Shown one piece after another: positions 29,313 through 39,265 of a stretch of DNA of 64,000 nt; the first letter of the stretch is position 1, and each line of letters starts with the position of its first letter. The DNA is from an uncultured Chloroflexia bacterium (GTDB lineage: Bacteria; Chloroflexota; Limnocylindria; Limnocylindrales; CSP1-4): positions 128,846 through 192,845 of the forward strand of contig CAVVDB010000007.1 in assembly GCA_963746865.1 (NCBI GenBank). The letters are read 5' to 3'. A program made the translations under genes and the position numbers. The notes beneath the pieces were generated by a model, which was not told the DNA's origin, ran no database searches, and saw only the letters and a list, made by a program, of their open reading frames with translations.

Positions 29313-30308
29313 ATGACGAGGATCCTGGTGACCGGCGGTGCCGGCTATGTCGGGGCGGTGTCGGCGGCGGCATTCCTCGACGCCGGGCACGAGGTGGTCG
29401 TCCTCGATGACCTGACGACCGGGCATCGGGCGGCGGTGCCGGAGGGTGCACGCCTCCACGTCGGGTCGTACGGCGACCTCGAGGCGGTCACCCGGCTGCT
29501 CGGATCCGAGCGGATCGAGGCGATCCTCCATTGCGCGGCCCGCTCGTTGGTCGGCGAATCGATCGCCGACCCGTCGCGCTACTACGTCGACAACGTCGCC
29601 GGCGGCGTGGCCCTGTTGCAGGCGGCCCGGGCGGCCGGGGTCGGGCGGCTCGTGTTCTCGTCGACCGCCGCGGTCTATGGCGTTCCCGATGCGACGCCGA
29701 TCCCCGAGGACGCCCCGCTCCGGCCGATCAATCCGTACGGCGAGACCAAGCGCACCTTCGAGGGAGCACTCGCCTGGTACGGCCGGGCCTACGGGTTGCG
29801 CAGCGTCTCGCTCCGCTACTTCAACGTGGCCGGCGCGACCGATGCGCTGGGCGAGGACCACGACCCCGAGACCCACCTCGTGCCCAATGTCCTGGCCGCG
29901 GCCGAGGGTCGTCTCGAGTTGACCGTCTTCGGCGACGACTACCCGACCCCCGACGGCACCTGCATCCGCGACTACATCCACGTCGCCGACCTGGCCGACG
30001 CCCACCTTCGAGCGATCGAGGCGACCGCGCCCGGCGACCCCCGAACCGATGCCGCGCTCGTGTGCAACCTCGGGAACGGCGGCGGGTTCTCGATCCGCGA
30101 GGTGATCGCGGCGGCCGAGTCGGTCGTGGGGCGGCCGATCCCGCGGACCATCGGCCCGCGCCGGGCAGGCGATCCCCCGGTCCTCGTCGCCCGCTCGACC
30201 CGGGCCCTGGAGGTCCTCGGCTGGCGGCCCGCACGACCCACCCTCGAGGAGATCGTCGGCTCAGCCTGGGCCTGGCGCCAGGCCCACCCCGGCGGCTACC
30301 CCGACTGA
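29313..30308 (+). CDS. galE: UDP-glucose 4-epimerase
   Basis: 331 aa. ILVTGGAGYVG, SSTAAVYG, YGETK, RYFNVAG, DGTCIRDYIHVADLA. Confidence 0.9.
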   Translation: MTRILVTGGAGYVGAVSAAAFLDAGHEVVVLDDLTTGHRAAVPEGARLHVGSYGDLEAVTRLLGSERIEAILHCAARSLVGESIADPSRYYVDNVAGGVALLQAARAAGVGRLVFSSTAAVYGVPDATPIPEDAPLRPINPYGETKRTFEGALAWYGRAYGLRSVSLRYFNVAGATDALGEDHDPETHLVPNVLAAAEGRLELTVFGDDYPTPDGTCIRDYIHVADLADAHLRAIEATAPGDPRTDAALVCNLGNGGGFSIREVIAAAESVVGRPIPRTIGPRRAGDPPVLVARSTRALEVLGWRPARPTLEEIVGSAWAWRQAHPGGYPD

Positions 30309-31942
30309 CGGCCTCCGCGGCCGGCCCACCGCCGGCCTGAGCCGCCCGGGGCCCTCGCATGCATCCCACTCATAGGAATCGCCCCGAACGAGCGTGGCCA
30401 CCCCTCATTTCTGTCGATTCGGGGCCATGGCCAAGCGTGCAGAAGCCGAATCTCATGAGTGAGATGCATGCCCGGACGCCCCGGGCCCCCGCGGGTCGAA
30501 CGCACTACCGAGGCGTCCCAGGCCCTCCCGCCGGCGACAGCCGTCTCCGGTGGCGCCACCGGCCCCATCCCCGGCGCCAACATCGTTTCTCCCGACCCCG
30601 CCCAGTCGTCGCGCACCGGCCAGACCAGCCACAACCCGATGAGCATCGTGACGAGCAGGCTCAAGACCGCGACCTGATAGGCGCCGTTGTCGAACGTGTC
30701 GAGCAGCAGGAAGATGATCGCGCCGTACAGCAGCTGGCCGATGACCTGCGAGCCCTTGCCGACCAGCCCATAGATCCCGAAGAACTCGCCGATCTTGTCG
30801 GGCGGCGACAGCCGGACCATCAGCACGCGATCGGCTACGGTGACTCCGCCAAGGCCGCTCCCGAGGATCGCCCCCGCGATCAGGAACGGCACGATCCCGG
30901 CCGACCCGAACCCGATCGCCACGCCGCCGAGCACCAGCCCGACCGCCCACGACAAGAGCACCCAGATGAGCGTCCGCTTGGGTCCCTGCCGGTCGCACAG
31001 CCAGCCCCACACGAAGCTCATGACGATCGCCACCAGCGTCAGCATCAGCAGGATCAGGTTCGCCGAGGACTCGGACATGTCCATCGTCTTCACGACCACG
31101 ACGCTCATCACGATGATCACCGTGTTGACCGCATCGGAGTAGAAGAACCGACCGACCAGGAACCGGATCAATCCCGGGACCTCGCGCGCATGCGCGATCG
31201 ACCGACGCAGCTGCCCGAACGAATCCCGGATCTCGGCCGCGGTGATCGCCGGCTGGTCGGAGATCCGCTTCTCGCGCACGAACAGGAAGATCGGGATCGA
31301 GAAGACCAGGAACAGGATCGCGGTGAGCCGGAACCGATCGACCACCGCGATGTCCAGGAGCGCGATCAACAACCCGACGAAGACCGTCCCGCAGTACCCG
31401 ATCCCGGTCCCGAGACCGGATAACTTGCCCCGGGTCGCCGGCAGGCTGACCGACTTCAACGTCGCGTCGTAATAGATGAGGGCCGCCTGGTACGCGAAGT
31501 TGGCGACGATGAACAGGACGAGGCCGACGATCGGCGCCAGGTCCGCGATGAAGAAGGTCGCGCCGACGCACAGCAGCGTGAAGAACAACAGGAACGGCAT
31601 CCGCCCCGGACCCCGGTCCGAGAAGGCGCCCAGGATCGGTGAGACCAGCGCATTGATCCCGACGCTGATGACGACCGCGATCGACAGGAACAGGTTCCCG
31701 TCGCGCTCGCCGAACTGGTTGTCGTTGACCAGGTAGAGCCCGATCGCTCCCGAAACGACCGCGAACGAGAAGATCGTGTTCGCGAAGTCGTACAGGGCCC
31801 ACGACGCCGGGACGATCGCCCGGCCGCTGGGGGTGAGCCCGGCGAGCCCGCGTGGAGGCGCCGGGGACGCTGGACCGCGGGACGGGGCGGCGCTCGTCAC
31901 CGGCCGATGATAGCCGTCCAGACCGGGGTAGGATTCACCCAT
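30296..31942 (-). CDS. MFS transporter (UMF1/Atg22-like family) whose ORF reads through a family A repeat
   Basis: From Met at 31942 (MGESYPGL...). WALYDFANTIFSFAVV and many TM helices. The last TM ends about 100 codons before the stop, and the tail includes [16 protein letters not shown] translated from the repeat. Confidence 0.8.
   Translation of the reverse strand: MGESYPGLDGYHRPVTSAAPSRGPASPAPPRGLAGLTPSGRAIVPASWALYDFANTIFSFAVVSGAIGLYLVNDNQFGERDGNLFLSIAVVISVGINALVSPILGAFSDRGPGRMPFLLFFTLLCVGATFFIADLAPIVGLVLFIVANFAYQAALIYYDATLKSVSLPATRGKLSGLGTGIGYCGTVFVGLLIALLDIAVVDRFRLTAILFLVFSIPIFLFVREKRISDQPAITAAEIRDSFGQLRRSIAHAREVPGLIRFLVGRFFYSDAVNTVIIVMSVVVVKTMDMSESSANLILLMLTLVAIVMSFVWGWLCDRQGPKRTLIWVLLSWAVGLVLGGVAIGFGSAGIVPFLIAGAILGSGLGGVTVADRVLMVRLSPPDKIGEFFGIYGLVGKGSQVIGQLLYGAIIFLLLDTFDNGAYQVAVLSLLVTMLIGLWLVWPVRDDWAGSGETMLAPGMGPVAPPETAVAGGRAWDASVVRSTRGGPGRPGMHLTHEIRLLHAWPWPRIDRNEGWPRSFGAIPMSGMHARAPGGSGRRWAGRGGRQSG
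30357..30471 (-). repeat. family A palindromic repeat, copy 4 (core 30359-30469, 111 bp)
   Basis: ATGCATCCCACTCATAGGAATCG...GAATCTCATGAGTGAGATGCAT. Lies inside the 3' tail of the MFS ORF. Confidence 0.9.
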
Positions 31943-32648
31943 GACAGAGGGACCCGCACCGACCGCGCCGACCGCCCCGACCGGCCCGCGCCAGCTCCTG
32001 GCCACCCTCCGACCGCAGCGCTTCGGACGCGGCTCCCCGCAGAAGATCGCGGACCCGGTCGTGGAACCCGAATGGATCGGCATCCGCAGCCTCGCCGCGA
32101 TCGACCCTGAAGGCGCCCTGATCATCGACGCCGACGGCGATCACATCGACGAGATGACGGTCGTCATCGACGCCCTCGCCGCCGCCGGCCGAAGCGACGG
32201 CCTCATCCTCGATGGCTTCCTGACCAAGCAGGTCACGATGGCGCGCAGCACCCAGGCCTGGCCGGACGAGATGCCGTCGATGAGCTCGATGTTCATCGGC
32301 CATCGATCCGCGAAGACCGATGCCACCGCCCACAAGGAGGCCTCGATCGAGGCCCGGACCTTCGCACCCGACGACGACATCTGCTTCGTCGCCACCGACC
32401 TCGTCTGGCTCGACGACACGCCGCTCTTCGACATCCCGCTGCTCGAGCGCCGGCGCCTGCTCGAAGGGGTCGTCGTCGAATCGAACGTGGTCAGGATCGG
32501 TGCCTTCGTCCGTCCGCCGCTCGATCGATGGATCACCTCGTGGCGCACCCAGGGCTTCACCGGCCTCACCTTCAAGGCGCCCAACAGCCGCTATACCCCC
32601 GGTGTCGAGAACAAGGATTGGGCCCTGAGCGGGATGCCCCGCCGCTGA
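31941..32648 (+). CDS. ATP-dependent DNA-ligase-like (nucleotidyltransferase-fold) protein with degenerate catalytic motifs
   Basis: 235 aa. EPEWIGIRS aligns to ligase motif I E-P-K-x-D-G-x-R with K to E and D to I. LILDGFL resembles motif III. GLTFKAPNSRYTPG resembles motif IV. Family assignment is from memory of the motifs only. Confidence 0.5.
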   Translation: MTEGPAPTAPTAPTGPRQLLATLRPQRFGRGSPQKIADPVVEPEWIGIRSLAAIDPEGALIIDADGDHIDEMTVVIDALAAAGRSDGLILDGFLTKQVTMARSTQAWPDEMPSMSSMFIGHRSAKTDATAHKEASIEARTFAPDDDICFVATDLVWLDDTPLFDIPLLERRRLLEGVVVESNVVRIGAFVRPPLDRWITSWRTQGFTGLTFKAPNSRYTPGVENKDWALSGMPRR

Positions 32649-32666
32649 CGGTGGTACGGTGGAGCC

Positions 32667-34037
32667 GTGCCCCAGACCGCTCTCACGCCGGCCATCCGCG
32701 ACCAGATCGAGCGGCTCGGCCGGGCCGACATCATGGTCGGGATCCCGAGTTTCAAGAACGCCGCGACGATCGGCTACGTGGTGCGCGCCGCGCAGGCCGG
32801 CCTGGTCCAGTACTTCCCGGATCTCCACCCCGTCGTCGTCAATTCGGACGCAGGGTCGCCCGACGGGACCGGCCGGGTCGTGGTCGAGACCGAGCCGCCC
32901 GACTACATCGAGCAGATCCTGCTCGTCCGCCCGACCAACAAGCTCGAACGCGTCAGCCTGACCTACCCCGAGATCGACGGCGTCGGCGGCAAGGGCGCCG
33001 CGCTGCGCACGATCTTCGAGATCGCCGATGCCCTCCAGGTGCAGGCCCTCGTCGTCGTCGACTCCGACCTGCGGAGCATCGTCCCCGAGTGGATCGAACT
33101 GCTGGCCGGGCCCATCCTCAAGGGCGGCTACGACTTCGTGGCCCCGCTCTATGCCCGCTACAAGTACGACGGCACGATCACCAACACCGTCACCTATCCG
33201 CTGACCCGCGCCCTGTACGGCCACCGGATCCGCCAGCCGATCGGTGGCGACTTCGGCGTGTCGGGCGATCTCGTCCGCCACTACCTCGAACTCGACGACT
33301 GGACCGAGGACATCAGCCGCTTCGGGATCGACATCTGGATGACGACCTCCGCGGTGGCCGGCGGCTTCGCGGTCTGCCAGACCCGGCTCGGCGCCAAGAT
33401 CCACGACCCCAAGGACCCGGGCGCCGACCTCGGTCCGATGTTCCGCCAGGTCGTCGGGACGATCCTGCGCCTCGCCAATCGCTACCCCGAGCACTGGCTC
33501 CCGATCCACGCCAGCCACGACATCCCGGCCTATGGCTTCGAGCGGATCATCGAACCGCCGCCGCTCGAGGTGAACACGCTCCGTCTCCTGTCCGAGTTCC
33601 ATGCCGGCTCGCTGACCCTCGCCGACACGTGGCGGCGGATGCTCGCCCCGGCCACCGCGGACACCGTCCTGGAACTGGCCGTCGAGGCGGGCCGGCTGGG
33701 CGACGCGGCGCGGACGCGACTGGGACTCGGGGGCGACGTGGCGTCCACCACGGCCACGACCCTCCAGATGGCCGACGCCGTGTCGGCCTTCCATTTCCCG
33801 GACGACCTGTGGGCGCGGGTCGTCTACGACCTGATCATCGCGGCCCGCGACCCGCAGCCCTCACTCGAGACGCTGGTCGCGGCGCTCGTGCCGATCTACT
33901 TCGGGCGGGTCGGCAGCTTCGTGATCGAGAACCGGAACGTGACGACCGAGCAGGCCGAGGAACGCGTCGAGCGCCAGGCCCGCGAGTTCGAGTTGCTGAA
34001 GCCGTACCTCGTCGGTCGCTGGAACGAGGCGGCCTGA
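32667..34037 (+). CDS. glycosyltransferase-like protein (GT-A type, DSD motif)
   Basis: 456 aa. IMVGIPSFKNAATIGYVVRAA, VVVDSDLRSI. Immediately upstream of gpgS. Confidence 0.55.
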   Translation: MPQTALTPAIRDQIERLGRADIMVGIPSFKNAATIGYVVRAAQAGLVQYFPDLHPVVVNSDAGSPDGTGRVVVETEPPDYIEQILLVRPTNKLERVSLTYPEIDGVGGKGAALRTIFEIADALQVQALVVVDSDLRSIVPEWIELLAGPILKGGYDFVAPLYARYKYDGTITNTVTYPLTRALYGHRIRQPIGGDFGVSGDLVRHYLELDDWTEDISRFGIDIWMTTSAVAGGFAVCQTRLGAKIHDPKDPGADLGPMFRQVVGTILRLANRYPEHWLPIHASHDIPAYGFERIIEPPPLEVNTLRLLSEFHAGSLTLADTWRRMLAPATADTVLELAVEAGRLGDAARTRLGLGGDVASTTATTLQMADAVSAFHFPDDLWARVVYDLIIAARDPQPSLETLVAALVPIYFGRVGSFVIENRNVTTEQAEERVERQAREFELLKPYLVGRWNEAA

Positions 34038-34053
34038 TGGCGACGGTCGACTG

Positions 34054-36027
34054 ATGGCTGCGCGGACCCCGCTCCCCGGACGGATCCTCATCCCGGTCGC
34101 CAACCCGATGACGGCCGAGGAACTGATCCGCCTCGGCGCGGCGATGCTCGACCGGCGCGCCGGCGAGGTGTCGGCGCTCGGGATCGTCGAGGTCCCCGAG
34201 GGGATGCCGCTGTCCGAGGGCGCGACCCGGGCCCGCCACGCCCGCCGGCTCCTCCAGCGCGTCCTCGACTACGCGCCGGCCGGCACCACCATCCACCCCA
34301 TCGTCCGGATCGGGCGGCACGCGGCCGAGGGGATCATCGAGGCGGCCGCCGAGCAGGAGGCCGACCTCATCATCTTCGGCTGGGGCGGCCGCAACGCCGG
34401 CGGCCGCGACGGCAACGGGCCGACCGTCTTCTCGCCGACGATCGACGAGGTCGTGCGCGAATCGCCGTGCGACATCGCGGTCGTCAAGCAGCGCGGCTCC
34501 AAGACGATCCGCCGGGTGCTGGTCCCGGTCCGCGGCGGACCGCACGCCGAGCTCGCCCTCCAGTACGCCGACGCGATCGCCCGCCATCACGACGCCACGG
34601 TCATCGTCCTCCACCTCGTCCCGCCGGGGATCACGCTGGCGGTCCGGGCCCAGGCGGAACGGGCGCTCGCCGCATTCATCAAGATGCACATCTCCGGGCG
34701 CAGCGAGGCGGTCCTGCGCGAGGCGCCCAACGTCCGCAACGCGATCGTCCGCGAAGCGGAGAAGGCCGACCTGGTCGTGATGGGCGCGTCGGCCCAGCCC
34801 GGCGCCGACGGCGAGACCTACCTGTTCGGCGCGCTGCCGGAGGCGATCGCGGCCCGGTCGCGCGCGTCGGTCATGGTCGTCAAGACCCGGGAGCCGATCG
34901 AGCGGACCACCTTCGACCAACTGGCCGCGCGCGCGGAGACCCTGGCCGCCGCCGATCGCGCGGCCGAGGAGGCCAGGGCCGTCCCGGTCCGGGTCGAGCG
35001 CTGGTTCGGTGAATCGAACTTCCACCACGCCGAGTTCGCCGACCTGCGCCGGCTGACGACCCTCAAGGAGAAGCAGAAGCTGACGGTCAGCCTCGTCCTG
35101 CCGACCCTCAACGAGGAGGAGACGATCGGACCGATCGTCCGCCGGGCGATGCGCGAGATGGTCGGGCGCGTGCCGCTCCTCGACGAGGTCCTGGTCATCG
35201 ATTCCGCGTCGACCGACCGGACCTGCGAGATCGCCGAGGCCGAGGGCGCGCGCGTCGTCCAGCATCCCGACGTCCTGCCGCGCTACGGCTCGTTCGTCGG
35301 CAAGGGCGAGGCGCTCTGGAAGTCGGTCTACGAGGCGACCGGCGACATCATCGTGTGGGCCGACACGGACGTGAAGAACTGGCATCCGCGGATGGTCTAC
35401 GGCACGCTCGGGCCGTTGCTCCACGAGCCGCGGCTCCAGTACGTCAAGGGCTACTACCAGCGACCGATCGTCGAGGGCGGGGTGCTGACCGAGGGCGGCG
35501 GCGGCCGCGTCACGGAACTCGTCGCCCGGCCGCTGATCAACCTGTTCTACCCGGAACTGTCGGGGATGATCCAGCCGCTTGCCGGGGAGTACGCCGGGCG
35601 TCGGGCGCTGCTCGAGACGCTCTCCTTCTTCACCGGCTATGCCGTGGAGATCGGGCATCTCATCGACACCGCGGAGCGGCTCGGGATCGAAGGGCTGGGC
35701 CAGGTGGACCTGGAGCGACGGGTCCATCGCAACCAGGAACTGGAGGGGCTGTCGCGGATGTCGTTCGTCATCCTGCAGGCCGTCATGAAGCGGATCGAAG
35801 AGCGGAACAAGACCAGGCTCTTCGCGGAGATGGGCTCGACCATGAAGCTGCCGCGGTCGGGCAAGGGCCGCCTCTCGCTGGAGGTCCTCGAACTGGCCGA
35901 CCAGGAGCGGCCGCCGCTCATCCGGATCCCCGAGTACCTCGAGCGGCACCACCCGGACGGCCTGCCCGACGCGCCGGCCCCGCCCGCGACACGGACCCGA
36001 CGGCCACGTGCGATCCGCCAGGCGTGA
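34054..36027 (+). CDS. gpgS: two universal-stress-protein domains fused to glucosyl-3-phosphoglycerate synthase
   Basis: 657 aa. Two USP-like units (ILIPVANPMT...DLIIFGWGG and VLVPVRGGPH...DLVVMGAS), then a GT81-like domain: VSLVLPTLNEEETIG, VLVIDSASTDRT, GKGEALWKS, WADTDV, PLAGEYAGRR. Confidence 0.85.
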   Translation: MAARTPLPGRILIPVANPMTAEELIRLGAAMLDRRAGEVSALGIVEVPEGMPLSEGATRARHARRLLQRVLDYAPAGTTIHPIVRIGRHAAEGIIEAAAEQEADLIIFGWGGRNAGGRDGNGPTVFSPTIDEVVRESPCDIAVVKQRGSKTIRRVLVPVRGGPHAELALQYADAIARHHDATVIVLHLVPPGITLAVRAQAERALAAFIKMHISGRSEAVLREAPNVRNAIVREAEKADLVVMGASAQPGADGETYLFGALPEAIAARSRASVMVVKTREPIERTTFDQLAARAETLAAADRAAEEARAVPVRVERWFGESNFHHAEFADLRRLTTLKEKQKLTVSLVLPTLNEEETIGPIVRRAMREMVGRVPLLDEVLVIDSASTDRTCEIAEAEGARVVQHPDVLPRYGSFVGKGEALWKSVYEATGDIIVWADTDVKNWHPRMVYGTLGPLLHEPRLQYVKGYYQRPIVEGGVLTEGGGGRVTELVARPLINLFYPELSGMIQPLAGEYAGRRALLETLSFFTGYAVEIGHLIDTAERLGIEGLGQVDLERRVHRNQELEGLSRMSFVILQAVMKRIEERNKTRLFAEMGSTMKLPRSGKGRLSLEVLELADQERPPLIRIPEYLERHHPDGLPDAPAPPATRTRRPRAIRQA

Positions 36028-36028
36028 G

Positions 36029-37166
36029 ATGGGTGACGGGGCGCTCGCGCGCGCGCGCACGATCCTCATCGCGCCCGGATTCGTTCAAGGGGTCGCTGAC
36101 CTCGGTCCAGGTTGCGCAGGCCCTGGCCACGGGCTGGTCCCGTGCCCGACCCGACGACCGGATCCTCCTCTGCCCGCTCGCCGATGGTGGCGAGGGGACC
36201 CTCGAGGCGGTGGCCGCCGGCCGGCGGTTGGACCTGGCAGCAGACCCCCGCGACCGACCCGCTGGGTCGCCGGATCACGGCCCGCTGGCTCCGGTCGGAG
36301 GACGGCGCCCGGGCCGTCATCGAGATGGCCGAGGCGTCGGGCCTGACGCCGCGTCGCACCCGGCGAGCGCGACGCCGTGGCGGCCACGTCGGTCGGGACC
36401 GGGGAGCTGATCCGGGCCGCGCTGGACGCCGGGGCGACGACCGTGATCCTCGGGATCGGTGGCAGCGCGACGACCGACGGCGGGGCCGGGCTCCTTCGCG
36501 GCATCGGCGCCAAGGCCGACCGCGACGCAGCCGACCGTCGACCTCGCCGGCCTCGACCAACGGCTCGCCGACACCGACCTCGAGGTCGCCTGCGACGTCT
36601 CGAACCCGCTCCTGGGTCCGACCGGCGCGGCCGCCGTCTACGGTCCGCAGAAGGGCGCGTCCCCCACCGACGTCGCCGACCTGGACGGACGCCTGGCCGC
36701 CTTCGCCGACGCGCTCGAAGCGGCCGCGGGCGGGGCCAGCGTCCGCGACACACCGGGCGCCGGAGCCGCGGGCGGCGTCGGGTTCGGCCTCCTCGCGATC
36801 GGGGGCCGCTTCCATGCCTTCGCCCTCCGCCCCGGCGTGGACCTGGTCATGGACGCCACCGACTTCGACGCCCGCCTCGCCACCGCCGACCTCGTCATCA
36901 CCGGCGAGGGGCGGATCGATGCCCAGACCGGGTTCGGCAAGACCGCGCTCGGCGTCGCCCGCCGCGCCGCGGCCGCCGGCGTGCCCTGTATCGCGGTCGG
37001 TGGCGGCGTCGAACCCGACGGGATCGAGGCGCTCAGGGCCGTCGGCGCCATCGCGGTGCCCGTCGTCGAGCGCCCACAGTCGGTGGAAGAAGCCATGGCG
37101 GCCGGCACGGAGCCCGTCGAACGCTGCGGCGAGCGCCTCGCGCGGCTCGCGTCGATCGCCACCTGA
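36029..37166 (+). pseudogene. glycerate kinase, split over 5 frame segments (4 apparent frameshifts)
   Basis: ILIAP[D]SFKGSLTSVQVAQALATGW, LADGGEGTLEAV, VIEMAEASGL, TSVGTGELIRAALDAGATTVILGIGGSATTDGGAG, GPQKGA, ADLVITGEGRIDAQTGFGKT. These lie in different frames, changing near 36075, 36225, 36355 and 36515. Confidence 0.8.
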
Positions 37167-37392
37167 CCGCACCGCACCCCCCCGTTCGGCCCTCCACCCG
37201 GTAGGACCAATGGGCTACGGCTCCGGAAGTGTCGCGGCGACGCACCAGGGGCCCGACAACGCCCTCCCGGACCGTCCGTACGAATCGCTCATTGCCTCCG
37301 CCAACGGTCCTGTCCCAACCTTCCGGCCATCGCCTGCCGACCGATCGGAACGGTCCACCGACGGCAGCGGGCAGCAGTGAAGGTGCCAGATC

Positions 37393-37833
37393 GTGTCGAT
37401 CAAGGGATCGCGCAGGTCAGTTCATCACCCGGATCGCGGACGCGGCCAGGCCCTGGTCGAATTCGCCCTGGTGGTGCCGCTCTTCCTGCTCCTGGTCGCG
37501 GGGATGATCGACTTCGGGATGGGGCTGTCGTCCTCGATCACGGTCACCAACGCCGCCCGCGAGGGCGCCCGACTCGGGATCATCACCCCGAACGCCGCCG
37601 CCATCGAGAGCCGCTCCCGAGCCATCGCCCTCGGCCTCGACCAGACCCGGGTCACCGTCACCAGCTCGTGCAGCCGGCCCGCCGGCTCGACTCCGGCGAC
37701 CTGCACCCTGGGGACCTGGCAGTCCGGCGACTCGGTCGTCGTCCGGGTCGACTACCAGTACCGGATGATCTGGCCGCTGGCCATGGGCAACACGATCAAC
37801 ATGTCGTCGTCCGCCCAGATGCGACTCGAGTAG
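37393..37833 (+). CDS. TadE-like pilus/pseudopilin protein
   Basis: 146 aa. GQALVEFALVVPLFLLLVAGMIDFG is a TadE N-terminal signature. Confidence 0.8.
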   Translation: MSIKGSRRSVHHPDRGRGQALVEFALVVPLFLLLVAGMIDFGMGLSSSITVTNAAREGARLGIITPNAAAIESRSRAIALGLDQTRVTVTSSCSRPAGSTPATCTLGTWQSGDSVVVRVDYQYRMIWPLAMGNTINMSSSAQMRLE

Positions 37834-37842
37834 GCAGGCCGG

Positions 37843-39210
37843 ATGATGCGTCGCTCCGATCGCCAGCAGGGCCAGATCGTCGTCATCTTCGCGCTGATGC
37901 TCGTCGTGCTGATGGGCTTCGCGGCGCTCGTCGTCGATATCGGCGTCCTGCGCCGGGCCAACCAGGAACTGTGGAGCGCCCTCGACGCCGGCGCACTGGC
38001 CGGCGCGTCGCAGCTCCCCGCCAACGGCGCCAACGCCAGCACCCTGGCCCTCAAGTTCGCCCAGGACAACTACCCGGGCCTGCCCACCGGCGACGTCACC
38101 GTCTCGTACCGCTGCCTCGTCGGCGATCGCGACAGCAACAACGTGCCCGACTCGATGGACATCCCGGTCGTGTGCGACCCGGGCGGCAACGTCGCCGGCC
38201 TGTGGGTCTGCGCCAACGGCGTCTGTGCCGCACCATGCGTCCCGGCCGAGGGCGACACCTGCAACACGATCGTCGTCACCTCGCGGGCCACGGTGCCGTT
38301 CAGATTCGGCCCCGCGGTCGGGGTCAACGAGGGCCGGACGCAGATCGTGACGTCGGCCGCCTGCAAGGGACCGTGCGGGGCCGCGCCCAACGTGCCACTC
38401 GATCTCGTGGTCATCGTCGACCGGACCGGCAGCATGAGCGCGGCCGACATGGTCAACGCCAAGGACGCCGCCAAAGGCATCCTGACCCACCTGAATCCGG
38501 CCAGCCAGCACGTCGCCCTGGGCGTCCTCGGCCCGAGCGGCCCCGGCTCGTGCAGCGGCGTCAACTCGCCGGCCAAGGGTGTCGGTGGCACCGCCGCCCA
38601 GTACGGCTCGACCTATCCGACCGACCTCGCCAAGTGGATCCCCGTCGGGTTGACCGGGACCGGCGGCGCGCCCGTCAGCGAGTCGTACCTGACCGGCACC
38701 GCGGTCAACACCAGCAGCCTGATCGTCAAGACCATCAACTGCATGAGCGCATCGAGCACCGGCACGAACCTCTCGACCCCGATCAAGATGGCCCGCCAGT
38801 ACCTCGCCGCCAGCGGCCGGACCGGGGTCAAGAAGGCGATCCTGTTCGAGACCGACGGCTCGCCGAACTTCGGCAGCGCCGGCACCGCGAGCGACTACAC
38901 CTGCCTCGCCGCGAACAACGAGGCGACGACGGCCAAGAACGCCGGGATCGAGATCTTCACCGTCGGCTTCGGGGTCACCGGCAGCGATGCCTGCCCCGAC
39001 ACGACCGGGTTCTACAACGGCAAGTCGGTCACCCGGGCGCTCGCCGACATGGCGACCCTGTCGACCGACGGCGGATGCGTCGCGGCCGAGAACACCGACG
39101 GCGACAACTTCTTCTGCCAGCCACGATCGGAGGACCTCGAGTCGGTCTTCGTCACCGCGGTGACGCAGCTGACCACGGGGACCCGCCTCATCCAGCTCCC
39201 GGGGAGCTGA
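37843..39210 (+). CDS. TadG-like protein with von Willebrand factor A domain
   Basis: 455 aa. QIVVIFALMLVVLMGFAALVVDIG is a Tad N-terminal anchor. vWA MIDAS-like LVVIVDRTGSMS and LFETDGSPN. Confidence 0.8.
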   Translation: MMRRSDRQQGQIVVIFALMLVVLMGFAALVVDIGVLRRANQELWSALDAGALAGASQLPANGANASTLALKFAQDNYPGLPTGDVTVSYRCLVGDRDSNNVPDSMDIPVVCDPGGNVAGLWVCANGVCAAPCVPAEGDTCNTIVVTSRATVPFRFGPAVGVNEGRTQIVTSAACKGPCGAAPNVPLDLVVIVDRTGSMSAADMVNAKDAAKGILTHLNPASQHVALGVLGPSGPGSCSGVNSPAKGVGGTAAQYGSTYPTDLAKWIPVGLTGTGGAPVSESYLTGTAVNTSSLIVKTINCMSASSTGTNLSTPIKMARQYLAASGRTGVKKAILFETDGSPNFGSAGTASDYTCLAANNEATTAKNAGIEIFTVGFGVTGSDACPDTTGFYNGKSVTRALADMATLSTDGGCVAAENTDGDNFFCQPRSEDLESVFVTAVTQLTTGTRLIQLPGS

Positions 39211-39265
39211 CCGCCGACTACGATGGGGTCGTGACGACCCCGACCGAATCAGGATCTCCCGCCGG

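Noticed and set aside
31940-31943. CATG where the MFS start (31942, minus) and the ligase-like start (31941, plus) sit back to back
   Set aside because: More likely one or both start codons are mis-assigned (downstream alternatives exist) than a real zero-length divergent promoter region.
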